Shown here piece after piece: positions 35,735-45,391 of a DNA stretch of 64,000 bases. This stretch comes from an uncultured Clostridia bacterium. GTDB taxonomy: Bacteria > Bacillota > Clostridia > Oscillospirales > Butyricicoccaceae. Under the pieces are notes generated by a model that was not told the DNA's origin, ran no database searches, and saw only the letters and a list, made by a program, of their open reading frames with translations. Positions within the stretch are counted from its first letter, which is position 1. Each line of letters opens with the position of its first letter. A program made the position numbers and the translations under genes. The stretch spans positions 482 through 64,481 of the forward strand of contig CANSNO010000002.1 of assembly GCA_947648385.1 (NCBI GenBank), in the 5' to 3' direction.

Positions 35735-35867
35735 GGGCCTGAGGCATGAGACCTGCGTCGTCTGCGGGCGCCGATGGATAGTAAGCAAGCTGGCCGTGGT
35801 GCCTAAAAGCGGGTATGTGTGCCCCGGGTGCGCCGGAAGGAAAATAAAAAAGGAGAATAAAAAATGA
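35715..35867 (+). CDS. 50-aa zinc-ribbon protein (hypothetical; below the ORF-track cutoff)
   Basis: Hand translation gives MSKQRTEGLRHETCVVCGRRWIVSKLAVVPKSGYVCPGCAGRKIKKENKK, with CxxC...CxxC. AGGGAG RBS and an ATGA overlap with the next gene. Confidence 0.4.
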   Translation: MSKQRTEGLRHETCVVCGRRWIVSKLAVVPKSGYVCPGCAGRKIKKENKK

Positions 35868-36250
35868 TTGAGCTTAAAATTGCGGCTGACAGCGCCGCCG
35901 AGGCGTTAAACGATTTGGCCGAGCTGGCAAAGATAGTCGGCCTGATAGAGGGCGTGGCGGAGGAGAGAAATAAGACGGCCACTCAAACTGAGAAGGCTCA
36001 AAGTCCTTCGCCTATGCCCGAGGATATAGCCCCGTGGGCAGAGTCCGAGCCTATAGGCGAGGCGCCTGTCACCGAAAGGACATATACTCTGGAGGAGCTT
36101 CGAGCGGCGGGGGTAGCCGCCGCCAGAACCCACGGCAAAGCGGCGGTACAGACCATTCTCAAGGCTTTGGACGCTAACAGTATGACAGCATTGAAGCCGG
36201 AGCAGTACCCTGAGTTCATGAAAAGATTGGGTGAGCTGAATGCCGAATAG
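35864..36250 (+). CDS. Phage protein preceding the DUF2800 nuclease (hypothetical)
   Basis: AAGGAG RBS. Acidic, alanine-rich 128 aa. Confidence 0.5.
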   Translation: MIELKIAADSAAEALNDLAELAKIVGLIEGVAEERNKTATQTEKAQSPSPMPEDIAPWAESEPIGEAPVTERTYTLEELRAAGVAAARTHGKAAVQTILKALDANSMTALKPEQYPEFMKRLGELNAE

Positions 36251-37415
36251 TCACGCGTTATTAGGCCCGTCAAGCGCTCATCGTTGGCTTATATGCACGC
36301 CGAGCGCCCGTCTGGAGGAGGGCCTGCCCGATACCGGCAGCGCTTACGCTGCGGAGGGCACTCTTGCCCACAGGCTGGGAGAACTCCTTCTGCGTACCGA
36401 GTATGAGTGCGACGACATATCGGAGGAGCTGGCCGAGGTCGAAGCCGACCCACAGTATTCAATCGCAATGCTGGAGCATATGGTGGGCTACGCAGACTTT
36501 GTGAGAGAGCGCGCGGCTGAAGTCAAGGACCGTTGTGGCGCCCTCTGTATGCATATAGAGCAGAGGGTGGACTTTTCCGAGTATGTTCCCGATGGCTTCG
36601 GCACGGCCGACTGCGTTATCCTTGCCGACGGCCTTATAGATGTTATCGACCTTAAATACGGGGCCGGTATTCCCGTCAAAGCAGAGGACAACCCTCAGAT
36701 GAAGCTTTACGCGCTGGGCTGTTTATCGGCCTTCGACCTCTTTTATGACATAACCGATATTCGCATGACTATCTATCAGCCGAGGCTTGACAGTATTTCC
36801 ACTGCCGTCATAAGCCGCGGCGAGTTGGAGGAGTGGGCCGAAAATTTCCTGAAACCGCGCGCCGCTTTGGCCTACGCAGGAGGGGGGTCTTTCGCCCCAA
36901 GCGAGGCGACCTGCAAGTGGTGTAAGGCCAGAGCCTTATGCAAGGCTCGTGCGAAGTACCAGCTGGAGCTGGCGGTTAAGGACTTTCAGGAGCCCGCCCT
37001 CATGGATAAGACAGAGATAGCCGAGGTGCTGACACGCATTCCGGACCTGCTGGCGTGGGCCAACAAGGTCAAAGAGTATGCGGAAGACGCCGCAGTCAAT
37101 CACGGTGTGAGCTTCCCCGGCTGGAAGTTGGTAGAGGGCCGCGCTAACCGCCGTTATGTAGATGAGGGCGCGATTGCCCGTCTGCTTAAAAAGGCAGGCT
37201 TTGCCGCCGCCGACATTTATAAACCCAAAGAACTGCTGGGCATTACCGCTATGGAAAAGCTGGTGGGGGTTAAGAAGCTGGAAGAGCTGGCGGGCTGTCT
37301 CATTGAGAAATCGGTCGGCGCCCCTACGCTGGTACCCGAGAGCGATAAGCGCCCCGAGCTGAACACGGCGGCTAAAGCCGTCAGCGACTTTGAAGAAGAT
37401 ATTCCGTTGTTTTAA
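36240..37415 (+). CDS. DUF2800-family PD-(D/E)XK (Cas4/RecB-like) nuclease
   Basis: The N-terminus SHALLGPSSAHRWLICTPS is the DUF2800 signature. Also DVIDLKYG, and a C-terminal cysteine cluster CKWCKARALCKARA. Confidence 0.8.
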   Translation: MPNSHALLGPSSAHRWLICTPSARLEEGLPDTGSAYAAEGTLAHRLGELLLRTEYECDDISEELAEVEADPQYSIAMLEHMVGYADFVRERAAEVKDRCGALCMHIEQRVDFSEYVPDGFGTADCVILADGLIDVIDLKYGAGIPVKAEDNPQMKLYALGCLSAFDLFYDITDIRMTIYQPRLDSISTAVISRGELEEWAENFLKPRAALAYAGGGSFAPSEATCKWCKARALCKARAKYQLELAVKDFQEPALMDKTEIAEVLTRIPDLLAWANKVKEYAEDAAVNHGVSFPGWKLVEGRANRRYVDEGAIARLLKKAGFAAADIYKPKELLGITAMEKLVGVKKLEELAGCLIEKSVGAPTLVPESDKRPELNTAAKAVSDFEEDIPLF

Positions 37416-37430
37416 AAAAGGAGAAAAAAT

Positions 37431-37997
37431 ATGTCTAATGTAAACAATCATCCTACAAAAGTCATTACCGGCAAGTGCCGCCTGTCCTATGCCCATGTAT
37501 GGGAGCCTTCGAGCATCGACGGCACATCCGAGCCGAAATACGGGGCCTGTATAATCATCCCCAAAAGTGATAAAGAGACCATAAAGAAGATACGCGCCGC
37601 CGTGGACGCCGCGGTTCAGGAGGGCGTCAAGTCCAAGTGGAGAGGCAAGAAGCCTTCCAATCTCAAGCTTCCCCTGCGCGACGGTGATGAGGAAAGGCCC
37701 GATGACGAGGTGTTTGCCAACAGCTACTTTTTCAATGCCAATAGCAAAAACGCGCCGGGTATTATTGATTTGGCCAAGCACGAGATTATGGATACCTCTG
37801 AGGTATACAGCGGTTGCTACTGCCGCTTTTCCGTTAATTTCTATCCGTTCTCCACTTCCGGTAATAACGGCGTAGCCGCCGGACTGAATAACATCCAGAA
37901 GGTGGCAGACGGCGAGCCGCTGGGCGGCCGCAGTCGCGCTGAGGATGACTTTGACGATGACTATGAGGGCGACGAGGATTTTGACGATCTTGTTTAA
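37431..37997 (+). CDS. DUF2815-family phage ssDNA-binding-like protein
   Basis: VITGKCRLSYAHVWEP...KYGACIIIPKSD, with an acidic C-terminal tail DDFDDDYEGDEDFDDLV. Confidence 0.8.
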   Translation: MSNVNNHPTKVITGKCRLSYAHVWEPSSIDGTSEPKYGACIIIPKSDKETIKKIRAAVDAAVQEGVKSKWRGKKPSNLKLPLRDGDEERPDDEVFANSYFFNANSKNAPGIIDLAKHEIMDTSEVYSGCYCRFSVNFYPFSTSGNNGVAAGLNNIQKVADGEPLGGRSRAEDDFDDDYEGDEDFDDLV

Positions 37998-38063
37998 ATA
38001 AAGTAACACGGTGCCCTGCCGCCGCGAGGCGGTGGGGCCCTTATCATAAGGAGGTGAGAAGCG

Positions 38064-40028
38064 GTGCCCGGGACAATGGCTGTGGATATAGAGACCTATT
38101 CAAGCGTAGATTTGCAGTCCTGCGGCGTCCGTCCGTACGCTGAATCAGAGGATTTTGAAATACTGCTTATATCATATAAGGTGGATGACGGGCCGACCAG
38201 GCTTTTGGATATAGCCTGCGGTGATGGAGCCAAGGCCGGTGAGTTCATGTCTCTGTTGACCGACCCCTCAGTGCTGAAAACGGCATATAACGCCGCCTTT
38301 GAGCGGGCTTGTTTGGCCCGTTGGTTTCAGACGCCTATGCCTGCGGAGCAATGGAGTTGCACTATGGTTTTGGCCGCCAGTCTCGGCTTGCCCGGAACCT
38401 TGGCCGAGGTGGGCGAGACGCTGGGGTTGGAAAAACAGAAAATGACCGAGGGCAAGGAACTTATAAGCTACTTTTGCAAGCCCTGCAAAGCCACTAAATC
38501 CAACGGCGGACGCACGCGCAACCTCCCCTCTGACGCCCCCGAAAAATGGGAGCTGTTCAAAAAATACAATATCCGCGATGTGGATGTGGAGGCCGATATC
38601 AGACAAAGACTGTCCGTCTTTTATATTCCCGAGGAGGAAAAGCTGGCGTGGCGGCACGACCAGCATATAAACGATATGGGCGTCAGGGTTGACAAAGTGC
38701 TTATGGGCAGGGCGATAGAGCTGAACGACGAATATACCGCCCGTCTGATAGAGGAGGCCAAGGCCATCACCGGCCTTGAAAACCCGAATAGCGCGCCACA
38801 GCTCAAAAGGTGGCTGGCCGAAAGGGAGGGCATAGAGGTGACGAGCCTGAACAAGGAGGCCATGCCTGAGCTTATGGCAAGAGTAAAAAGCCCCGAGGGC
38901 CGCAGAATGCTGACTATCCGCTCCGAGCTGGCCAAGACCTCGGTCAGCAAGTATGAGGCAATGGAGAGGGGCTTGTGCCGTGATGGCCGCGTCCATAACC
39001 TTCTTCAGTTTTACGGTGCAAACCGCACGGGCCGCTGGGCCGGAAGGCTGGTACAGGTGCAGAACCTGCCGCAAAACAAGCTCAAGGACTTGGCGCTGGC
39101 CAGAGAGTTGGTGTGCGAGGGGGATTTTGAGCTTTTGGAAATGGCCTTCAGCTCGCCGCCCTTTGTACTCTCCCAGCTGATACGCACAGCCTTTATTCCC
39201 TCAGAGGGCTGTAGATTCATTATAGCCGATTACAGCGCCATCGAGGCCCGAGTTATCGCGTGGCTGGCCGATGAGCCGTGGGTGCTGGAGGAGTTCAGAG
39301 GGGACGGCCTTATCTATGAGGCTACCGCCGCCATGATGTTCCACAGGGCAAAAAACGACATAAAAAAAGGCGGCGTTCACGCAGACCTCCGCCCCAAGGG
39401 CAAGGTGGCCACATTGGCCTGCGGCTATCAGGGAGGGGTGGGAGCTTTAAAGCGCATGGGCGCTCTGGAAAGCGGCATCCCCGAGGAGGAGCTTCAGGGC
39501 ATCGTCAACCGCTGGAGAAAGGCCAACCCGCATATAGTCCGCTATTGGTACGATGTGGAGGAGGCCGCCGTCAGGGCGGTGCAGGGAGAGAAGGCGACAC
39601 TCCGCCACGGCGTTCAGTTCTTTTGCAAGGGTCCTTATCTTTTTGTCCGCCTTCCTTCCGGCAGGAGACTGGCTTATTACCGCCCACGTTTGGAGCCGGA
39701 GCCTGAGTTCAATAAGCAGAGCATCACCTATATGGGGGTCGACCAGGAGAAAAAGACATGGTCGAGGCAAAAAACCTATGGCGGCAAGCTGGTGGAAAAT
39801 ATAGTTCAGGCCACCGCCCGTGACTGCCTCCGCGACGCCATGAGGGCCTTGTGGGCAGCCGGATATGAGATAGTGTTTCATGTCCATGACGAGGTCATTC
39901 TCGATACGCCCATAGGTCAAGGCTCTCTTAAAGAGGTGCTGGACATAATGGGCCAAAGCCCCGGCTGGGCTCCGGGCCTGCCCCTCAACGCGGCGGGCTT
40001 TGAGGCGCCCTTTTACATGAAAGATTAA
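38064..40028 (+). CDS. Family A DNA polymerase (phage PolA type, with 3'-5' exonuclease)
   Basis: Exo I VDIETYS. Pol motif A IIADYSAIEARVIAWL, motif B RPKGKVATLACGYQGG, and motif C HVHDEV. ATG 38076 is an alternative start. Confidence 0.9.
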   Translation: MPGTMAVDIETYSSVDLQSCGVRPYAESEDFEILLISYKVDDGPTRLLDIACGDGAKAGEFMSLLTDPSVLKTAYNAAFERACLARWFQTPMPAEQWSCTMVLAASLGLPGTLAEVGETLGLEKQKMTEGKELISYFCKPCKATKSNGGRTRNLPSDAPEKWELFKKYNIRDVDVEADIRQRLSVFYIPEEEKLAWRHDQHINDMGVRVDKVLMGRAIELNDEYTARLIEEAKAITGLENPNSAPQLKRWLAEREGIEVTSLNKEAMPELMARVKSPEGRRMLTIRSELAKTSVSKYEAMERGLCRDGRVHNLLQFYGANRTGRWAGRLVQVQNLPQNKLKDLALARELVCEGDFELLEMAFSSPPFVLSQLIRTAFIPSEGCRFIIADYSAIEARVIAWLADEPWVLEEFRGDGLIYEATAAMMFHRAKNDIKKGGVHADLRPKGKVATLACGYQGGVGALKRMGALESGIPEEELQGIVNRWRKANPHIVRYWYDVEEAAVRAVQGEKATLRHGVQFFCKGPYLFVRLPSGRRLAYYRPRLEPEPEFNKQSITYMGVDQEKKTWSRQKTYGGKLVENIVQATARDCLRDAMRALWAAGYEIVFHVHDEVILDTPIGQGSLKEVLDIMGQSPGWAPGLPLNAAGFEAPFYMKD

Positions 40029-40033
40029 AGAAG

Positions 40034-42436
40034 GTGATAACAAATATGACGATAAAAAATGACGGTACGGTCACTCTGGCCGTCGCCTCCTCCAGAAGGG
40101 CGGCGGTATGGAAAAACAAGACTCTGTACTGGAGCCAGCTTCTTGACAAAATCAAGGAGACCAAAAGGACGCCCGAGACCTTGGACGAATATCTCAAGAT
40201 GACAAAAGACAAGCAGGATGCAATAAAGGATACGGGGGGCTTTGTGGGCGGCTGGCTCAAGCAGGGCCGCCGCAAAACCGAAAATCTCGAGCACCGCTCC
40301 ATGATAACCCTCGACGCCGATTTTGCCGTTATGGATTTGCTGGAGAGCGTCACCATGTTTTACGGGTGCGCCGCCGCCGTCTACTCGACACATAAGCACA
40401 CGCCCAGCGCGCCCCGCCTGCGCCTGCTGGTGCCCCTGAAACGAAGATTGTCGGGCGAAGAATATCAGGCGGCGGCCCGTATGCTGGCCGCTGACCTCGG
40501 CATGGAGCTTTTTGACGATACCACCTATCAGCCCACGCGGCTCATGTACTGGCCCAGCACGCCGTCCGACATGGATTATTACTTCGACTATGCCGACGGC
40601 CCCTGGCTTGACCCCGACACACTGCTGTCCAGATATCCCGATTGGCGCGACGCGTCCTTCTGGCCCGAAAGCGGCAGAACGGCGACAGCGCGTTATAAGG
40701 CCGCGGGGCGTCAGGGAGATCCCACCGCCAAGTCCGGTATCGTCGGGGCTTTCTGCCGCGCGTATGATGTGGAGCAGGCCATCGACCGCTTTTTGTCTGA
40801 CAGGTATACGCCCTGCGGTATGCCGGGGCGTTATACCTATGCAGGGGGCTCCACGGCGGCCGGATTGGTCATCTATGACGGCGGGCTTTTCGCCTATTCC
40901 AATCACGCCACCGACCCTGTAAGCGGTCGCCTGTGTAATGCCTTTGATTTGGTGCGCCTTCATCTTTTCGGGGAACTGGACGAGGGAGCCGCAGAGGGTA
41001 TGCCCGTCAACAAGCTGCCCTCCTATACGGCCATGACGGAGCTGGCAAGCGCTGATGAGGCCGTCAGACTGACAATGGCCAAGGAGCGTTTGGAGAGGGC
41101 AAAAGACGATTTTGATATTCCTACCGACAATGACTGCGAGTGGATGACACAGCTTGAGGTTGATAAAAAGGGCAAATTCCGCCAGACCATCCAAAATGTT
41201 TATATAATCCTTACCAACGACCCCTTGCTCAAGGGGGCCCTGGCCTTTAACAGCTTTAAGGACAGGCTTGTGTGTGTCCGCAGTCTGCCTTGGAGAGAGG
41301 TGCAGGACACAGTGAACGGAGAGACCTGGACCGATGTCGACGATAGTGAGCTGAGGCGTTATATCGAGCTGGCCTATCACATCACAGGCAGGGAGCGCAT
41401 CATGGACGCCGTCAGCGGCGTGGCGAGGGCTAATGCCATCCATCCTGTCCGCGACTTTTTAAATGGGCTGGAGTGGGACGGCGTGCCGAGACTCGACACC
41501 CTGCTTGTCGACTATCTGGGGGCCGAGGACTGCAAATATACAAGGGCCGTCACAAGAAAGGCCTTCACCGCCGCCGTGGCCCGTATCATGAAGCCGGGAT
41601 GTAAGTTTGACTTTGTTCTCACGCTGTCGGGGCCTCAGGGCAGGGGCAAATCGACCCTTATCAATAAAATGTCCTGCGGCTGGTATACCGACAGCCTGGC
41701 CGGTATAGGCACCAAAGAGGCATACGAGGGCATACAGGGCTTTTGGCTGGTGGAGCTGGGCGAGCTGGCGGCCATGAAAAAGACCGAAATCGAAGTCACA
41801 AAGAACTTTATCTCCAAGCAGGTGGACAGCTACCGCGCTCCCTATGGCCGCCGCGTAGAAGACCATAAAAGGCAGTGCATCTTTTTCGGCACGACAAACA
41901 GCACGGCCTTTTTGAGGGACGACACAGGCAACCGCCGTTTCTGGCCCGTTCGTTTGGAGGATAAGGCGCCGGCGCTCACAGTATGGAATGACCTGACGCT
42001 GGAGCTGGTGCGCCAGCTATGGGCCGAGGCCGTTATCCGCTATGAAGAGGGGGAGCCGCTGACATTGACGCCTGAGCTGGAGGCCGTAGCCAGAGAAAAG
42101 CAGAATGATTTTACCGAGGATGACGCTAGAGCCGGAGAGGTGCAGGCCTATCTTGACCGCCTGCTTCCGTCCGACTGGGCCGCCAAGGATAAGACCGAGC
42201 GCCGCGCGTGGCTGTCCGACGACTTCGGAGAGGGAAAAGGGACTGTACGCCGTGACCGCGTCTGTGTGGCCGAGGTCTGGCAGGAGTGCTTCGGAAGGGA
42301 CGGCGGCAGCATGAAGCGTGTGGACGCCAACGAGATACGCGCTATTCTCCGTCAAATACCCAACTGGAAAGAAACTACAAAAAAGCAATGGTGTGGCCCA
42401 TATGGCGCACAACGCTGTTTTGAAAGAGAAGAATGA
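40034..42436 (+). CDS. Primase / VirE (virulence-associated protein E) family P-loop replication protein
   Basis: The C-terminal half has the Walker A LSGPQGRGKSTLI, FGTTN and GNRRFWPV, typical of VirE. The N-terminal ~400 aa are primase-like. Confidence 0.85.
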   Translation: MITNMTIKNDGTVTLAVASSRRAAVWKNKTLYWSQLLDKIKETKRTPETLDEYLKMTKDKQDAIKDTGGFVGGWLKQGRRKTENLEHRSMITLDADFAVMDLLESVTMFYGCAAAVYSTHKHTPSAPRLRLLVPLKRRLSGEEYQAAARMLAADLGMELFDDTTYQPTRLMYWPSTPSDMDYYFDYADGPWLDPDTLLSRYPDWRDASFWPESGRTATARYKAAGRQGDPTAKSGIVGAFCRAYDVEQAIDRFLSDRYTPCGMPGRYTYAGGSTAAGLVIYDGGLFAYSNHATDPVSGRLCNAFDLVRLHLFGELDEGAAEGMPVNKLPSYTAMTELASADEAVRLTMAKERLERAKDDFDIPTDNDCEWMTQLEVDKKGKFRQTIQNVYIILTNDPLLKGALAFNSFKDRLVCVRSLPWREVQDTVNGETWTDVDDSELRRYIELAYHITGRERIMDAVSGVARANAIHPVRDFLNGLEWDGVPRLDTLLVDYLGAEDCKYTRAVTRKAFTAAVARIMKPGCKFDFVLTLSGPQGRGKSTLINKMSCGWYTDSLAGIGTKEAYEGIQGFWLVELGELAAMKKTEIEVTKNFISKQVDSYRAPYGRRVEDHKRQCIFFGTTNSTAFLRDDTGNRRFWPVRLEDKAPALTVWNDLTLELVRQLWAEAVIRYEEGEPLTLTPELEAVAREKQNDFTEDDARAGEVQAYLDRLLPSDWAAKDKTERRAWLSDDFGEGKGTVRRDRVCVAEVWQECFGRDGGSMKRVDANEIRAILRQIPNWKETTKKQWCGPYGAQRCFEREE

Positions 42437-42440
42437 CATC

Positions 42441-42691
42441 TTGCCGTACTGCCTTGCTCCGAAATTTACGGCAATGCGGTCTATTGCCCGTCTATTGCTG
42501 TAAATTGCCGATGACGGCAATGCCGAAATGTATTGATTTATAAAGCGTCAGCCCCGTTTATTGCCGTTATTGCCGTAAAATTTACTGGAATTATAAAAAG
42601 TATATATTAGGCAGACACAGGCGCACGCATAACGCCTACACGCACACGCGAGAGATATATGGAAATTACGGCAACTCGGCAACGACGGCAA
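42441..42691. repeat. Iteron-like array: nine perfect plus three degenerate TTGCCG/CGGCAA hexamers around an AT-rich core
   Basis: TTGCCG occurs at 42441, 42505, 42561 and 42570. CGGCAA occurs at 42469, 42515, 42669, 42677 and 42686. Degenerate copies lie at 42454, 42484 and 42495. The AT-rich core is 42578-42610. Confidence 0.7.
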
Positions 42692-42695
42692 TATT

Positions 42696-42998
42696 ATGGA
42701 GGGATTTATGGAAAAAGATATTGAGCAGTATCTGCGAAAAAAGGTAAAGGAAGCCGGAGGCCTTGCTTTGAAATTGGTTTGTCCCGGATATACCGGAGTG
42801 CCCGACCGCCTCATCCTTTTTCCTGAAGGCAGGGCGTATTTTGCCGAGACAAAGGATACGGGAGAAAAACCGAGAAAACGCCAGGGCAGAGTGCATGGCA
42901 TTTTGCGAGATTTCGGCTTTACAGTGTTCGTTCCGGATAGCAAGGCGGAGGTGGACAGGATGATGGAGGTGATTTTAAGTGAAGTTCATACCCCATGA
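42696..42998 (+). CDS. VRR-NUC domain nuclease
   Basis: GVPDRLILFPEGRAYFAETK is the PD..(D/E)xK core typical of VRR-NUC. Confidence 0.8.
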   Translation: MEGFMEKDIEQYLRKKVKEAGGLALKLVCPGYTGVPDRLILFPEGRAYFAETKDTGEKPRKRQGRVHGILRDFGFTVFVPDSKAEVDRMMEVILSEVHTP

Positions 42999-44349
42999 AT
43001 ACCAGCAATTTTGTATTGACTTTTTGCTGGATAAGCCGGCGGCGGGTCTCCTGCTTGACATGGGCCTTGGAAAGACGGTCATCACTCTGACGGCCGCCGT
43101 GAAGTGGCTGTATGACCGCTTTGAGATCAACAGGGTGCTTGTGGTGGCCCCTCTGCGAGTGGCCGAGGACACATGGACAAAGGAAAGCGCCAAGTGGGAC
43201 CACCTTCGGGGCCTCCGCGTGGTGCGTGTTTTAGGCTCAGAGAAGCAGCGCGAACAGGCCTTAAGCCAAGAGGGCGACATCTATTGCATCAACCGCGAGA
43301 ATATCCCGTGGCTGGTGAAATATTACGGCACAGGCTGGCCCTTTGACGGTGTGGTCCTTGACGAGCTGTCCAGTTTCAAGAATCCCGGGGCCAAACGCTT
43401 CAAGGCCCTGAGAAAGGTGAGGCCCCTTATCGGGCATATCGTCGGTCTGACCGGAACGCCCAGCCCTAACGGCTTGATTGATTTGTGGGCACAAATATAC
43501 CTGTTGGATCAGGGCGAGAGGCTGGGGCGCACCCTCACCGAATACCGAAACCGATATTTTGATCCCGGCCGCCGTAACGGATATGTGGTCTATGACTGGG
43601 TGCCGAAACCGGGGGCCGAGGACGAGATATACAGAAAGATATCCGATATTTGCGTCAGTATGAAAGCGGCAGATCATCTCCGCCTTCCGGAGCGCGTGGA
43701 TGTGGTGAGAAAGGTTGTTTTGAACGAAGAAGCCCGAAAAGCCTATGACGAAATGGAGAAGGAGGCGGTGCTGGAGCTAAGGCACGGCGCTGTGGTGGAC
43801 GCTGTCACGGCTGCCGCTGTCTCAAACAAGCTGTTGCAGATAGCTAACGGCGCCGTCTATGACGGGGAGGGCAAGGTTCACCATATCCATCATGCCAAGC
43901 TGGACGCGCTGGAGGATGTCATCGAGTCCGCCAATGGGCGGCCGGTGCTTGTCTTTTATTCATATCAGCACGACCTTGAGCGCATCATGCGCCGTCTGCC
44001 GCAGGCGAAAAAGCTGGAGGGGCCGGCCGATATCGACGCGTGGAATCGCGGAGAGATACCCGTCCTTTTGGCCCATCCGGCCGGCGCCGGTTACGGCCTC
44101 AATCTTCAGGAGGGGGGCAACCATATTGTGTGGTTTGGGCTGACTTGGTCGTTGGAATGGTACCAGCAGGCTAACGCGCGCATATACCGCCAGGGGGCCA
44201 AGGGCGAGAGGGTGACGATTACCCATCTGGTGGCGGAGGGCACCAGAGACGAGGACGCGATGAGGGTTTTGTCCGGGAAGGCCACCCGACAGGAGGCCCT
44301 GCTGGAAGCGGTCAAAGCCGTAATGGAAAAATATAAGGGAGGGATATGA
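42979..44349 (+). CDS. SNF2-family DNA helicase/translocase
   Basis: GTG start. Motif I DMGLGKT, motif II DELSSFKN, and the helicase C-domain motif QANARIYRQG. Confidence 0.87.
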   Translation: MKFIPHEYQQFCIDFLLDKPAAGLLLDMGLGKTVITLTAAVKWLYDRFEINRVLVVAPLRVAEDTWTKESAKWDHLRGLRVVRVLGSEKQREQALSQEGDIYCINRENIPWLVKYYGTGWPFDGVVLDELSSFKNPGAKRFKALRKVRPLIGHIVGLTGTPSPNGLIDLWAQIYLLDQGERLGRTLTEYRNRYFDPGRRNGYVVYDWVPKPGAEDEIYRKISDICVSMKAADHLRLPERVDVVRKVVLNEEARKAYDEMEKEAVLELRHGAVVDAVTAAAVSNKLLQIANGAVYDGEGKVHHIHHAKLDALEDVIESANGRPVLVFYSYQHDLERIMRRLPQAKKLEGPADIDAWNRGEIPVLLAHPAGAGYGLNLQEGGNHIVWFGLTWSLEWYQQANARIYRQGAKGERVTITHLVAEGTRDEDAMRVLSGKATRQEALLEAVKAVMEKYKGGI

Positions 44350-44780
44350 TGAACTGGAAAAGAGAAGCCACGGAAATGCTTAAGGACTACGCCGCCGTAA
44401 AGGGGTCGCTCCTGTCTCTGGAGGAGCAGATAGCTCAGCTCGAGAGGGATTATAAAAGCCTGAAACCGGCCCGCGCCGATATGGCGCCCGTCAAGGGCGG
44501 CGGGAACGGCAGAGAGGACGCCATGATAAATAATATCGTCCTCAGAGAAGAATTGACAAAAGCACTTGAAGGGGCGCGATTTAAGGTCAGGTATGTTGAG
44601 CGCGGTCTTTCCGCGCTGAATGAGACAGAGAAGAGGGTGCTCGACGGGTTTTACATACACAAGTTAGGCAGGGAGAGAATATGCGAGGAGCTGCACATCG
44701 AAATGTCCACCCTGTACCGCATAAGGGACGCCGCCCTGCGACGCTTTACCCTGGCGACCTACGGCTTTACGGAGACATAA
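44346..44780 (+). CDS. Phage late-gene transcriptional regulator with a sigma-70 region-4-like HTH (RinA/DUF1492-like)
   Basis: The C-terminal LNETEKRVLDGFYI......ICEELHIEMSTLYRIRDAALRRF is a region-4 type HTH. It sits immediately upstream of the packaging module. Confidence 0.6.
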   Translation: MMNWKREATEMLKDYAAVKGSLLSLEEQIAQLERDYKSLKPARADMAPVKGGGNGREDAMINNIVLREELTKALEGARFKVRYVERGLSALNETEKRVLDGFYIHKLGRERICEELHIEMSTLYRIRDAALRRFTLATYGFTET

Positions 44781-44848
44781 CAAGTTGGGAAAAACGCGGG
44801 AAGTTTTCCGTTGGATTGTGTGCTATAATATTACTGATGAAAAATGTA

Positions 44849-44881
44849 AAGCCGCAGGGACTTGTTCCCTGTGGCTTTTTG
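44849..44881 (+). terminator. Intrinsic terminator in the leader of the late operon
   Basis: AAGCCGCAGGGA-CTTG-TTCCCTGTGGCTT followed by TTTT, 15 nt before the HNH start codon. Confidence 0.75.
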
Positions 44882-44896
44882 TATCTGGAGAATAAT

Positions 44897-45310
44897 ATGC
44901 TCAAATCATGCCCCTATTGTGGGCGAATACATGACAACTCTTTTGACTGCGGTAAAAAGCCCAAGAGGATAAGCCGCAGACATGAGAGTGAGGAAGGACG
45001 CTACACCAGAGCGTGGCGCAAAAAAGCGGCGCTGGTCAAGGCCGAATGTCATTATCTCTGCGAGTATTGCCTGTCAAAGGGCCGATACACATACGAGGGC
45101 CTGTCGGTACACCACATAGTCAAGCTGAGGGAGCGTCCCGAGCTGCTGCTTGAGGACAGCAATCTTGTTTGTCTCTGCCGCGGCTGCCACGACAAGGCTG
45201 AGGCCGGGAAAATAGCTCCCGACAGGCTTAAAGAGCTGGCGAAAAAGAGGATTGCGGGGCTGGATTTGAGCGTCAAAACAGGTGTTGGAGACATACCCCC
45301 CAGGGGGTAG
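44897..45310 (+). CDS. HNH endonuclease (packaging-associated)
   Basis: CxxC...CEYC...HHIVKL...NLVCLCRGCHDKAE. Sits directly upstream of the terminase genes. The track start at 44681 is read-through. Confidence 0.87.
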   Translation: MLKSCPYCGRIHDNSFDCGKKPKRISRRHESEEGRYTRAWRKKAALVKAECHYLCEYCLSKGRYTYEGLSVHHIVKLRERPELLLEDSNLVCLCRGCHDKAEAGKIAPDRLKELAKKRIAGLDLSVKTGVGDIPPRG

Positions 45311-45391
45311 TCCTTTGAAAATCGAGGGCGCGTCCACCGACGCCCCCCCTCTGGAAAAAATATATTCCCAAAATGAGAGCGAGGTGACAAA

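Noticed and set aside
36936-38009. 357-aa minus-strand ORF in the prophage
   Set aside because: It lies antisense to the DUF2800 and DUF2815 genes, which carry recognisable family signatures and RBSs.
40025-41443. 472-aa minus-strand ORF
   Set aside because: It lies antisense to the VirE/primase gene and has shadow-ORF composition.
42441-42691. Possible CRISPR array, because of short repeated motifs
   Set aside because: The repeats are only 6-8 nt, irregularly spaced and in both orientations, with no repeat-spacer periodicity and no cas genes. Iteron or origin sites fit better. No CRISPR array was seen anywhere in the window.
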